Part shown: positions 45,986 to 58,887 of the stretch, one piece after another
Numbering within the stretch: position 1 is the stretch's first letter
How the letters are laid out: each line of letters starts with the position of its first letter
NCBI GenBank assembly: GCA_977017645.1
Contig: OZ360220.1
Location: 107,198,001 to 107,262,000, forward strand
Length of the DNA: 64,000 nucleotides
Direction of reading: 5' to 3'
From: Torpedo marmorata
Lineage: Eukaryota
Made by a program: the position numbers and the translations under genes
Notes under the pieces: generated by a model
Database searches by the model: none
What the model saw: the letters and a program-made list of their open reading frames with translations, nothing else
Told to the model about the DNA's origin: nothing

Positions 45986-48640
45986 AATGACCCCGACAGT
46001 ATTGTTTCACTTGGAAGGACTGTTTGGGGCCTTGAATAACCACTTTAATTCTACACACCATTGCCACACTGTCCATGGCCTTGTGTACTGCCAAATTGTT
46101 TATTGTCACGTGTATGCCAAAGGGCCTATCTCTGCTGTATCTCTTTATGACTCCGGTCTAGTAGCATCTGGTAAATGAGAAAAAAGAGTTAATGAATTCA
46201 GCCTGATGATCTTTTATTTGAGTCGGATAATGTTGGAAATGACCAACTTTTGGGCAAACATAATAGTTGGAAAAAATGGTAGTGAATGGCAAAGCAAGGC
46301 AGAGGGGAAGGGAGGTGAGAAGTGGAAGGGTTGTGGTAGGGCAGACAGCAGGACTTTAGTGTATTGGGTGGTGATCAACTACTGTGGATCGGGCATCTAC
46401 GACATTAGAGAAACTGGGAGGCACGAGGGGCTTCTGAGCATGTTGTTATCCTTACTTTCTCTTTATTACAGACGAACAAAACTGGCATCAAACATGATAA
46501 AGTCACACTTATATTACTCATTTAAAAGATTTGCATACAGAAAAACAACTCTGCTTTCCCTCTTTGAGGGAGTATTTCAGCTTGGAGCTTCACTTCTTTT
46601 GGGTCCAGCTGTGTAGTTATTTTGTGATCTGACCCTAACCCTAATATATACTATCCTGACTCTACTTACTCTTGACTTGACTCAGTAATTGGTTCCAAAT
46701 CCACATGACTGAGCTCGCAGCGCAGTCTGTAAGTCATCGAGTCATACAGTATGGAAACTCGTCATTCAGCCAACTCGTCCGTGCTGACCAAGATCCCTAC
46801 CTGAACTACTCATTTTGTACCTTTCTAGAGATGGTAATTGTACCCTCCTCTGTGACTTCCTCTGGCAGCTCCTTCTATATACCCACCACTCTGTGTGTGA
46901 GAAAGTTGCCCCTTGGGTCTCATTTAAATATCTCCTTTCTCACCTGAAAGTTTTAGAATCCCCTATCCTTTGAAAACGACTGTGACTATTCACCTTGCCT
47001 CTCTGCCCCTCCTGATTTTAGATAAGATCATCCTTTGCCTTCTTTGCTCCAGGTTAAAAAAATCCCAAGCCCATCCAGTCTCTCCTTGTTACTCAAGCTC
47101 TCCAGTCTTGGTAACCTTCTCTGGAATCATTTCCACATCCTTTTCAGCTTCATGATATCTTTCCTATATCTGGGTGACCAGAACTGCACATAATACTCCC
47201 AAGTGTGGTCTCAAAGTGTACAGTTGTTGCATGAAGTCCCTGTTCATGCACTCAATGCCCTGACCAGTGAAACCCAATGTTCCACCGTTCTACAGTACTC
47301 CCCGCGGCCCAACCATTGACTGAGGTTTTTTTCTGCCCTGCTTTGACTTCCCAAAATGCAGTGTCATACTTGACTGAGTTAACTTCCATCTGCTATTCTT
47401 TTCTCTACTTCCCCACATGACCTAGATCCTGCTGTAATCTTAGATAATCTTCTTCACTGCCCACCATACAGTGTGGTGTCATCTGCAAACTTATTATCCA
47501 TGTTAACTACATTGTCATCAAAGTTGTTAATATAGATAACAAACAACAGTGGATCTAGCACCAACCTCTGTGACGCGCCATTGTTCACAGGCCTACAATC
47601 TAAAAAACAAACTTCCACTACCCCCACTTCCCTCTCCATTCACCGAGCCATCCCCCTCTTTCTGTTTGCTGGTGTGCCCTTCCTCCCTTATCCACCAATT
47701 AATTCCTGCCTGTGGGACCGTGCCCCTCCCCCTGCACCCCCCCACCCACCATTTTGTTTGGGCGCCTCCCTGCATTTTGATCATACCTTGATGAAGGGCT
47801 CAAGCCTGAACCATTGGTTATGTATCTTTATCTTTGATAAGGATAGATGTGGTCCTCAAGTTGAGATTCTAAATTGGAGAAAGGCCAGTTTTGTTGAAAT
47901 GAGAAGGGATCTGGGAAGAGTGGATTGGGATGGGTTTTTTTCTGGCAAGGATGTGTTCAGTAAGTGGAAGGCTTTCAAAGGTGAAATTTTGAGAGTGCAG
48001 AGTTTGCATGTTCCTGTCAGGATTAAGGGCAAAGTTAATAGGCATAGGGAACGTTGGTTTTCAAGGGATATTGGCAATCTGGTTAAGAAGAAGAGAGAGG
48101 TGTATAGCAGGTATAGGCAACAAGGAGCAAATGAGGTACTAGAAGAGTATAGAAAATGTAAGAAAATACTTAACAAGGAAATCAGGAAGGCAAAAAGAAG
48201 ACATGAGGTTGCTTTGGCAGATAATGTGAAGGTAAACCCGAAGGGTTTCTACAAGTATATTAAGAGTAAAAGGCCAAATTTAATCTTTCTCATAGACATT
48301 TTTTAGATATTTACAAACTAGACATTTTGTTCAGTCTAAGTTACCAGATTTTCCTAGAATTTCAAATACTAATTTTCGATTCATTATTTAATTTACGGTT
48401 CTTTTTTCAGCATGGATTAACGTCATGCATATATAATGATTTATTGGATATAAGATCAGTCCCTATGGCAGGGATTAAGAATGATTGGGAACGTGATTTA
48501 AATATAACATTTTCAGACGAAGACTGGTATCATATTCTTAGCTTGATTAACACCTCTTTCTGTGCAAGACATTGTTTATTACAATTTAAGGTGGTACATA
48601 GAATCCATATGTCTAAACTTAAATTATCTTGTTTTTGTGC

Positions 48641-50765
48641 TGTTATGGACCATGACTGACAGTTTGGACTGCGGACGGTAAGCAGGAAGGATGAAGTCTT
48701 TTGGAGGATACACTGGGACCTGGTACTGAAAGAGTTAACTTGCCCAGGACTTCTTGTATTTACCAGAGAGAGACATCAGGGGGAGACAAACTGTAGAAAG
48801 ATACTTGGGTGTAAAACTTTGGAAGAAGGAAGATAGAGAAACTCTCTCTCTACTGTGAGGCCTGAAGTGGAAAACTAAATCAGTGGCAGTTTTGGAGTTG
48901 CAAAGGCGGGAGAACTCAGCAGGATCCAGGCTTGTGCATCCCAGAGAAGAAGTTGGGAGAATAGCACAGAGTCTCTTGAATCAGAAAAGTCCAGGCTTGT
49001 GCATCCCAGGGGAAACGGCTGGGAGAAATACAGGGCCTGGTGAATCAGCAAAATCCTGAGTTGTGAGAACAGCTTTTGTGAGGAACCGGCTGTGAAATGC
49101 AAGTATACGCCTTAATCCAAAACGGATCTGAATTCACAATCCTTGTGAAAACACAAGAAGGGAAAGTCATCAGAGAAGAAAAGCAAGCCAAGTATTCGTA
49201 AGCATAAACAGTCATTGTCTCTCTCCAATGTTTTTTTTTTTTTTTTTTTAACATTTTATTTAAATTTTTAAATCACACATTACATAAAATAATTTGTGTA
49301 TAATTCTCAAAAAGAAAATACATGTGATTACATTTTCTCCCCCCCCCCTTCCCCACCCTCCCCTCCCTGGCCCCTATATCCCCCTAATCTAAATTAAAAT
49401 AAAATAAAATAATAAAAGAGAGAGGAAAAAAAAAAAAAAAAAAGATTGAAAAAAAGAGTAATAGAGTGAGGAGTCAATAAGCTTAAAAAAAAACTAATAT
49501 ATCTTAGAGGTTATTTCGCCGGCGGATCTGAAATTCAGAGAATTTACAATGTTAAACCCATAGTCCTCATATATGGGCCCCAAATTTTCAAAAATGAATG
49601 ATATTTATTTCGTAAATTATAAGTAATTTTTTCTAATGGTATACATGACCGTAACTCTGCATGCCATCGCTCTAAATTTAAATCAACATCTGATTTCCAA
49701 GTAATAGCTATACATTTTTTCGAAACTGCTAATACTATACGTAAAAATTCTACTTGATACATATTTAATTTATGTCCAATACTAAATTTTTTAATATCTC
49801 CAAATAAAAATAACATAGGATCCATTGCAACTTCAACATTAAAAATTCTTTCTAAAAAATTTTTAACTTTCAACCAAAAATCTTGGATTTTTGAACATGA
49901 CCATGTACAGTGTACAAAAGATCCTATTTCAGTTTTACATCTAAAACACATATCTGATAACGCTGGATTAAATTTCTTCAATTTTTTAGGTGTCAAATAT
50001 AATTGATGAAAAAATTATATTGTACTAATCTACATCTCACATTAATAACTTTTGTCATACTTAATTTACATAGATCTTTCCAATGATTTTCATCTATATT
50101 AACATTCAAATCTAATTCCCATTTCAATCTAGACTTATGCACTCCTACTTTAGACATCTTTCTTTGAAACAACTTATACATTTGTGATATAAATTTATTA
50201 ACATTAACTTTAGTAATTAATAATTCCAATTCATTTTGTCTTGGTACTATTAATTCATTTCCTAATCTCTCAATCAAAAAAGCTTTAACTTGAAAATAAA
50301 CTAATATCGTATTGTCTAATACATTAAATTTTTCTTTTAACCTCTGGAAAGTAATAAATCTACCTGCTTCAAAACAATCTTTTAAAGTCTTAATTGTCTC
50401 TCTCCAATGTTCATTAAGAAGTCCTTCTTGCCAGCACACAGAGTTGAATTTGGACCCTGAACATAGAGAGTGAAATTTTATGGACTGTATTATTATTTTT
50501 TTTACTGACTTGTTTTTATGACTGACCTGGGGTTTTTGGGGAAAGTTTTTCCATTTTTACATGAGGGTTGGGCATAGACTGCAATGGTCTGGGCTTTACA
50601 GACACACACACACACACCTTTTTAGATAAGAATAGTGTTTATAGACGTTTATAGTGGTGTTAATTGTTGTGAAATTATATGTTTAATTGTCTTTAATAAA
50701 TATATATTTCAATTTTACCCCTTTTGCATTGCGTCTTCTGTCGTTGCTGGTTTGAATTTGTAACA
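48641..50765 (+). mobile_element. Solo LTR of the Gmr1-like family, split by an L1
   Basis: TGTTATGG...GTAACA termini; TSD GTGC; reverse-complement homolog of 2053-2915. Confidence 0.92.
49231..50392 (-). mobile_element. L1 family A 3' fragment
   Basis: Poly(T) at 49231; ORFs 49544-49996 and 49993-50439; 17-bp TSD ATTGTCTCTCTCCAATG (49214-49230, 50393-50409). Confidence 0.93.
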
Positions 50766-53601
50766 GTGCAGATATTGATCCACTATGTGAGAAGTGTAAA
50801 ATTTTTGAAGCCTCACTGATTCTTATGTATTGGGAATGCCCAAATTTAGAGAGATTTTAGAAAGATATTTTTCAAACTTTATCAATGATTTTTAAGATTA
50901 AAATAGAACCATGTCCGTTAATTGCTTTGTTTGGTTTTTCACGTGAAGCAAATATACCTCTGTTTGCATCTCAGGAGAAAGTTCTAGCCTTTTCCACGTT
51001 GATAGCCAGACGAGCAATTTCATTGAAATGGAAAGACGATTCATCACCGATGCATAGACAGTGGTTACAGGATGTAGATATAATATTAAAGGTAGAAAGT
51101 TTCAATTTCTAAAGATATGGGGCCCATTTATAGAATACTATCATGATTGGAAGAATTAGTAAACGTGAATGTTCCGAGGATTCTCTGTCCAAGGTCTGGA
51201 GATCGCTATCTGATCCATTTTCTCTTTTCTCTTTGTTATAAAGGTAACCTTTATAGAGGGAGGGGTTAGATTAGAATTAGCTTTTAGAATTTTTTTCTTT
51301 TTTTTTGGAATTTATTTTATACTTTACATTTTAGTCAATAATTTGGAATATTGAGTTTTAACATGAATTTATAACATATTCATAACTTGTTCTATATTTA
51401 AACTTGAGTTAATGTAGTTTCATTTGCTTGTTTTTCCTTTGAATTTGTATGATAATATATTTTCATTTATTTTTTTTGTATGTTTGTTTATATGTTAAAC
51501 TCAATAAAAATATTTTAAAGAGAAAGAGTAAAAGGATAGTAAGGGACAAAATTGGTCCCCTAGATGACCACTGATCTTCTATGTGTGGAGCCTCACGAGA
51601 TGGGGGAGATCTTAAACAGTTTTTTTGCATCAGTAATTACTCAGGAAACTGGCATAGTGTATAAGGAAGGAAGGGAAACAAGCAGTAGTGTCATGGAACA
51701 TATAGAGATTAAAGAGGTGGAGGTGATTGCTGCCTTACAGCGAATAAAGGTAGATAAATCCCTCAGGCCTGACATGATATTTCCTCGGACTTTGAGGGAG
51801 ACTAGTGTAGAACTTGCAGGGGCCCTGGCAGAAATATTTAAAACATCCTTATCTATGGGTGAGGTGCCGGAGGATTGGAGGTAGCTCATGTTGTTCTGTT
51901 GTTTAAAAAAGGCTCCATAAGTAAACCAGGAAATTACAGGCCGGTGAGCCTGACGTCAGTAGTAGGTAATTTATTGGAGGGTGTTCTGAGAGATCGGATA
52001 TACAAGTATTTGGACAGCCAAGGGCTGATTAAGGATAGTCAGCATGGCTTTGTGCGTGGTAGGTCGTGTTTAACGAATCTTATAGTTTTTCGAGGAGGTT
52101 ACCAAGAAAGTAGATGAAGGAAAGGCTGTGGATGTTGTCTACATGGACTTTAGTAAGGCCTTTGACAAGGTCCCACATGGGAGGTTAGTTCAGAAGGTTC
52201 AGACACTAGGTATCCATGGAGAGGTTGTAAAATGGATTCGAAATTGGCTGAATGGGAGAAGACAGAGAGTGGTAGTTGATGATTGCTACTCAGACTGGAG
52301 GCCTGTGATTAGTGGTGTGCCTTAGTGATCTGTGCTGGGACCATTGTTGTTTGTTGTCTATATCAATGATCTGGATGATAATGTGGTAAATTGGATCAGC
52401 AAGTTTGCTGATGATACTAAGATTGGAGACGTTGTGGACAGCGAGGAAGGCTTTCAAAGCTTGCAGAGGGATCTGGACCAACTGGAAAAATGGGCCAGAA
52501 AATGGCAGATGGAATTTAGTGCAGACAAGTGTGAGGTGTTGCATTTTGAAAGGACAAACCAAGGTAGGACATACACAGTAAATGGTAGGGCACTGAGGAG
52601 TGCGGAGGAACAAAGGGATCTGGGAATACAGATACATAATTCCCTGAAAGTGGCGTCACAGGAAGACAGGGTTGTGAAGAAAGCTTTTGGCATCTTGGCC
52701 TTCATAAATCAAAGTATTGAGTATAGGAGTTGGGATGTTATGGTGAGGTTGTATAAGACATTGATGAGGCCAAATTTGGAGTATTGTGTGCAGTTCTGGT
52801 CGCCAAACTACAGGAAGGATATCAGTAAGATTGAAAGCGTGCAGAGAAGATTTACTAGGATGTTGCTGGGTCTTCAGGAGTTGAGTTACAGGGAAAGATT
52901 AAACAGGTTAGGACTTTATTCTTTGGAGCGTAGAAGAATGAGGGGAGATTTGATAGAGGTTAACAAAATCATGAGGGGTATAGACAGAGAAAATGCGAGT
53001 AGGCTCTTTCCACTTATATTAGGAGAGATAAATACGAGAGGACATGGCTTGAGGTTGAAAGGAGAAAGGTTTAGGGGGAACTTCTTCACTCAGAGAGTGG
53101 TGGGAGTGTGGAACGAGCTGCCATCTGACGTGGTAATTGGATAGATACATGGATGGGAGAGGTCTGGAGGGTTATGGACTGGGTGCAAGTCAATGGGACT
53201 AGAGGAATGATGTTTCGGCACAAACTAGAAGGGCCGAATGGCCTGTTTTCTGTGCTGTAGTGTTCTATGGTTCTACACATAAAGTACATTGTTTGACCTG
53301 CCGATTTTCTCAAGCATTGTGTTTTTATTCCACTACCCCACCTCTGACTCTTTCCATAACACCAAGTTCAAATGCCATTGGCCAGCTAACCCATGGATCC
53401 CATGTGATCTAACTTACCAGACTAGCCTATCACGCAGGACCTTGTCAAAGGCCTTGCCAATGTCCATATAGAGGACACCCATCATTCTGTCCTCGTCGAT
53501 CCTCTGTCACTTCAAGAAATTCTATCAAATTCGTGAGACGTGATTTCCCACGCACAAAGCTGTGCTGTGGCTACCCCAAATCCATCCTTATCCTTCCAAA
53601 T

Positions 53602-53976
53602 CAGTGGTTTTCAAACTGCCCCCCTAAACTCACGTACCACCTTAAGTAATCCCTATGCCATAAGTGCTCTGTGATTAGTAAGGGATTGCTTAAGGTAGTA
53701 TGTGAGTGGAAAGAAAAAGTTTGAAAACCACTGTTTTAATTGTACCTAATTGTCTCGTTATGTGTACGGTTTCAGAACTCCAAAGGAAATGGGCCAATGA
53801 CAATTTTTCTCAAGCAAAATATTTCAGTAACAATTGGGTCTAGAGCAGTGGTTCTCAACCTTCCCTTCCCACTCACATACCACTTTAAGCAATCCCTTAC
53901 TAATCACAGAGCACTTATGGCATAGGGATTGCTTAAGGTGGAATGTGAGTTTAGGGGGGCAGTTTGAAAACCACTG
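53602..53976. mobile_element. hAT (Charlie-like) MITE, palindromic dimer
   Basis: CAGTGGTTTTCAAAC TIRs; 8-bp TSD TTCCAAAT (53594-53601, 53977-53984). Confidence 0.9.
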
Positions 53977-54104
53977 TTCCAAATGATGGTCAGTCTGTTC
54001 CTTGGAATTCCCTCCAGCAAATTCCCCACCACTGATGTTGGGCTCTCTGGCCTGTAGTTCTCTGGCTTGTTCCTGCAGCCCTTCTGAAATAGAGACACAA
54101 CAGG

Positions 54105-54695
54105 ATTTTGCAGAGGTTTGGTATGACATTGGAAACCCTGCCAAATTTCTACAGATGTGTGGTGGAAAGTGTGCTGACCGGCTGCATCACGGTCTGGTCT
54201 GGGAACACCAATACCCCTGAGCGTAAAGCCCTTCAAAAGGTACTGGACACAGCCCAGGACATTTCAGGCAAAACCCTCCCCACCATCGAGAACACCTATG
54301 GAGAACGCTGCCGTCGGAGAGCAGCAGCAATCAAGGATCCACACCACCCAGCGCACGCTCTGTCCTCGCCACTACCATCAGGAAAGAGGTATAGGTGCCA
54401 CAAGACTCGCACCACCAGGTTCAGGAACAGCTGCTACCCCTCCATCATCAGAGTCCTCAACAATAAACTCAATCAGGGACTCATTTAAGGACTCTTACTT
54501 TTGCACTTTATTGTTTGTTTTTTCCTCTCTGTATTGCACAGTCATTTGTTTCCATTTCTTTATTTGTTTACATGTGCACACTGTACAGTTTTTTTGCACT
54601 ACCAATAAGTGGTAATTCTGCCTCGCCCACAAGAAAAAGAACCTCAGGGTTGTATGTGATGTCATGTATGTACTCTGACAATAAATCTGAAATCT
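54105..54695 (+). mobile_element. Rex1/Babar LINE 3' fragment
   Basis: ORF 54108-54488 (FYRCVVESVLTGCITVW...PSGKRYR). Confidence 0.88.
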
Positions 54696-54729
54696 AGCCA
54701 CCCTCCAGTCTCCCACTACCTCGCCCATG

Positions 54730-55200
54730 GCTAAAGATGATGCAATTGCCCCGCGATTTCTTCCCCAGCTTCCAGCAATGTCTTGGGATACACTTGGTCA
54801 GGCCCAGGGGATTTATCCACTTTAATATGCTTCAAGTCCACCAGCACCTTCTCTTTTGTAACTTGGATAGGTTCCAAGACATCACAGTTCATTTCCCTTA
54901 ATTCCTTTGCTTCCATGATTGCCTCTACAGTAAATCCAGCTTAGGTCGTTAGGGCCTCACCCATCTCCTCTGGCTCCAACCATTGATGACCATGCTAATC
55001 CTTAAGAGGGGCCTATTCTCCTCCTAGTTATCCTTTTGCACTTAATGAACTTGTGGAATCTCTTAAAGTTCTCCTTTACCTTTATCTGCCAGAGGTATCT
55101 TGTGTCCTCTATTTTTGTCCTCATAATGTCCCTCTTAAGTTGTATTCCAACATCTCTGACTCCTCAAGGGACTTGCTTGATGCCAACTGCTGACACCTGA
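54730..55200 (-). mobile_element. CR1 ORF2 internal fragment
   Basis: IKVDKSPGPDQVYPKTLLE peptide. Confidence 0.7.
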
Positions 55201-55214
55201 CATCGGTACCTGAT

Positions 55215-55970
55215 CTCCTTTCCTCAGGCTCCCCACTCCCTTCCCTTTCCCTTCCTCTCAGAGAACTCCCCTCCCCATTTCCATTCTTAGTTGTTTTCTC
55301 TTCTCCCCGCCCACCTGTATTAACCTATGATCTCTTGGCTGTAATCCTGTGCTCCTGCTCCTTCCTCCCTCCTCTTCCCCCACCCCCCCCCCCCGATCTT
55401 TTTATTCAGGCGCCTGCCTGATTTTTGCTCATACCTTGTCGAAGTACTCGGGCCTGAAATTTTGGTCACCCTTTACTTCCTATGGATGCTGCGTGACCTG
55501 CTGTGTTTCTCCAGCACATTTGTGTATTACTCCACGCCTGACATGCCAAGTTCAAGTTTATTATCATCTGATTGCACAAGTACAACCCGACGAAACAGCG
55601 TTCTCCGGTCCTTGGCGCAAAACCTGCAGACACACAGCAAGTCATAACACCCATACAGACAAACAATACATACGCAGGACAAGTATACATATATAAAAAT
55701 AAATAAATACATATTGTTTAGTAAATAGTAGAGTGTCAGATGGTTAGTGTGAGCAGTTCCTTGAGTCATTCAGCATCCTCACTGCCTGTGGGAAGAAGCT
55801 GTTCCTCAGCCTGGTGATGCTGGTTCTGATACTCCTGTATCTCTCTCCCGACGGGTGCAGCTGGAAGATGCTATATGTGGGGTGGTAGGGGTCCTCAATG
55901 ATTTTTCGCCCTCTTCAGACAACTATCTCGGTAGATCACATCAATGGGGGGGGAGGGAGACTCCAGTGAT
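55215..55970. mobile_element. Penelope terminal repeat (55215-55530, +) followed by a Rex1 3' fragment (55548-55970, -)
   Basis: Similar to the other copies of each repeat in the window. Confidence 0.65.
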
Positions 55971-57617
55971 CCAAGTCTCACAGCATCGTGATCACTCAAC
56001 TTGACTGACTGGAGAATTTGCCACGCATTTCCATCAATGGCTTGTTTAAACTAACTGAACTATGTACCAATGGGGTTGAACATGTGTCGTTAAAGATGAT
56101 AACGACTTGGAACAGGACTGCCTTCTCGCATTTGCCCAGCATCCATGTATTTTCACGTCAAATCGCTCCCACTTTCATAATGTGATTTTGAATCCTGTTT
56201 CTTATTGATCTCAATGTTCTGGTTACACGCTGCTACCTCACATGTTGCAATGTTTTCTTTTGTGTATTGAGGTTTTTAGCATGGATTGGTTATTCATTCC
56301 AACGGTATTAATGCTGTCTACACAGCTCAACTTGTAAATAAAAATTCTCTCGAGGTTAACACACTTAGTGCAAAACATATTATACCATCCAAGTGTTATT
56401 GGATTTCAAAGCGGTTAGGAGCTATTATTTCTGACTCCCATCGGCTTCCCATCACTGAGGGGGTCGATGAGGTACAACTGGTTTCTCGAGTTTCTCACCT
56501 CGCATTTTCAGAAGTATCCCTGTGAACTTGCTTTGCACTCTTAGAATCAGAACAAAGGAATTCTTTAGAAAGAAGTAATGTTGACAAAGGTTTATTTTAA
56601 AGGGGAGTGGGAGTTAGTTGGGTGGAATGAGATATTTTTTGACTTTTACAAAGCCGCTGCATAACGGGAAATTCTCGCAAATTTCCAGCAACGCTGGCTG
56701 TGTTAAAAGGTCGTGACGGAAATTAGTAATTAATTTCCGTCCCGACATTTTTCCTGCAGCAGCCCTAGACATTTTTGCGGACTGCCTGCAGTCTAAACTG
56801 AACTGCAGGCGGTCCGCAACAATGGGCTAATGAATACGACGTCCACCCTCCGAAATCACCGCAACGCAGGAAGTTAGTGTAAACGTCCATCCTGTGTGAA
56901 CGGCCACTCCAGAGGGAAAATCTCGGTACTTCTGTCTAAAAAAAACATCATGGTCTCAAGTCAGCTGAAGTGCCAGTTTGTGCTTCCCTTAGACTTGAAA
57001 TTCAGGAATAGTTGGTACCCCTCAACTATCAGACACCTGAACAACAGACTCATTTAGAGACTCATTTAAGAACTCTTATTTTGCTCATTATCCAATACTG
57101 AATATTTACACTTCTGCACTTCCACAACCAGTTTGTTTATATTTCTCTCTTGGAATACAGTTTACTGGCCCGCAGGAAAAAGAATTTCGAGGTTGTATGT
57201 GATATTATGCTTGTACTCTGACAATACATTTGAACTTAGAACTTTTATAAATTGTACAATTGCCAATGCAGTCATCAGATCATCAGAAATATAAGCATGG
57301 GGGGCTCGTTTTGATCATTGTGAGAACACCACCATTCAGAAAAAACTGGCAGATTTTTTTAACATCAACACCGTGTTCCTGCCTTCGAATCCCTTAATAT
57401 TTTAAAATGTGCCTGTCTCTTTCTTGTTTCCCATGTTTCTCATGGTGGGAGAGTCTAGGGCACAGCTTCAGGATTGAAGGGTGTCTGCTTAGAACAGAGA
57501 TTTGGAGGAATTTCTTTGAGATTGAGAGAAGAATCCTTCAAAACATTGAGTAGAGCTGTGTGGAATTTGTTGCCACAGGCGATTGTGGAGGCCGTCATTG
57601 GGTGTATTTAAGGCATA

Positions 57618-58411
57618 AGCTCCTTTCACACTGGCACCTTATCCTAGTAATTAACGACCAATGTACCGGTTAAAGGGCCAGTGTGAACGCTCGCGAATTG
57701 GCACGCAGGCATCAAATCACCCCGGGGATGGACCGCCTAGGTAGGGTGTATCATCCCCGGGGTCATCTGACGCCTGCGTGCCGATTCGCCCAGTGTGAAA
57801 GGGATATGGACTATCCAGGGACAAAGTAGTGACGCGTTGATGACGTTTTTTGCGTGAGTGCAGGAACATGAAGGAAACAAAAGATTACAAAGAAGGTATA
57901 AACTTTGTATTCAATTTACTACATCCTGAGCAATATATTATGATCTTGAATTTAAATAAAGTTAATCATGCCTAATTATAACATAATTTAGCATTATGTA
58001 CAGCACAATATAAGCCCTTCAGCCCCTGTTGTTGTGCCGACCTATATAAACCTTTATAAATTTATAAAGGACTGTGGAAAAGTGGTAGCGGCAATAAAGA
58101 GAGAGAGAGAGCGATGGCGGATTTTCCCTCCCAGAATTCCGTGCGGCAGAGAAAGGGCTGTATGCACGGAGCACTCATGGAGGGGTTTCTCTGCCGCATG
58201 GAATTCTGGGAGGGCAGGTCTGCCATCGCTCAATGCTTCTCTCAGACGTCACCGGTGGAGGATAGGCTCCCCTCTCCCCGGGGATGCCTGGTGGTGAGTG
58301 TGAAAGGACACAGAGAACCGGTTAACAGTGGTCCAGTGTTAACGGCAAAAACGGCTTCTTTAACTGGTTAATTGAACGGCCAATTTACAGGTTAGCCAGT
58401 TGAAAAGGGCT
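57618..58411. mobile_element. Harbinger-like MITE inserted in a CR1 tail
   Basis: AGCTCCTTTCACACTGGC / GCCAGTTGAAAAGGGCT TIRs; 3-bp TSD ATA; internal hairpins at 57693-57789 and 58124-58215. Confidence 0.75.
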
Positions 58412-58887
58412 ATAGATTGATAGGTTCTTGATTAACCAGGGCATCAAAGGTTATGGGGAGAAGTGGGGCTGAGTGGGAAAATGGATCAGCTCATGTTTAA
58501 ATGGCAGGGCAGACTCGATGGGCTGAATAGCCTATTTCTGCTCCTATGTCTTATGGTCTTGACTTTACTCGGTGGCTGAGCCTTGGCAGCTTTCTTGAGT
58601 GGAACATCCCAAAGATTCACCACCCAGAGCAAAGACATTTCTACACTGAAAGAGCAGCCCCCCCTACTTCGAGACGATGACCGCTCTGGTTCGGCACATC
58701 AGAGCCAAGGGAAATGCCATCCCTGTGTCTACCCTGTCGAGCTTCATTAGAATTTTGTACATTTAAATGATTCTAAATATAATCATAATCTTAAAGTCTA
58801 CAGATTCTGAGAGGCAAAGATAGGGTAGAAAGCCAGCACCTTTATCCCAGGGCAGGAGTAGCAAACACCTGAGTGTTTGCCACTCAG

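Larger units (their letters stand above)
48274..51523 (+). mobile_element. L1 family B 3' fragment, split by a solo LTR
   Basis: WERDLN...LLQFKVVHR then DPLCEKC...YWECP; 12-bp TSD AAGAGTAAAAGG (48262-48273, 51524-51535). Confidence 0.85.
47838..53273 (+). mobile_element. CR1 LINE (5'-truncated ORF2), interrupted at 48274-51523
   Basis: LNWRKASF...FYKYIKSKR, then YRPVSLTS, YMDFSKAFDKVPH, KFADDTK, LEYCVQFWSP and a ttctatggttcta tail. Confidence 0.92.
47628..53327 (+). mobile_element. Penelope terminal repeat (47628-47837 and 53274-53327) split by a CR1
   Basis: Hammerhead-like ttgatgaagggctcaagcctgaa at 47788; the sequence resumes (ataaagtacattgtttgacctgc) after the CR1 tail. Confidence 0.75.
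46730..53600 (-). mobile_element. Old CR1 (outer host of the nested cluster); own sequence is 46730-47627 and 53331-53600
   Basis: ORF 47454-47639 (PLLFVIYINN...KFADDT). The halves are collinear with the CR1 at 63080-63350; duplicated TTCCACTACCCC at the breakpoints. Confidence 0.78.

Noticed and set aside
46383-46705. Possible short solo LTR (TGTGGAT...ATCCACA)
   Set aside because: No matching TSD and no second copy in the window.
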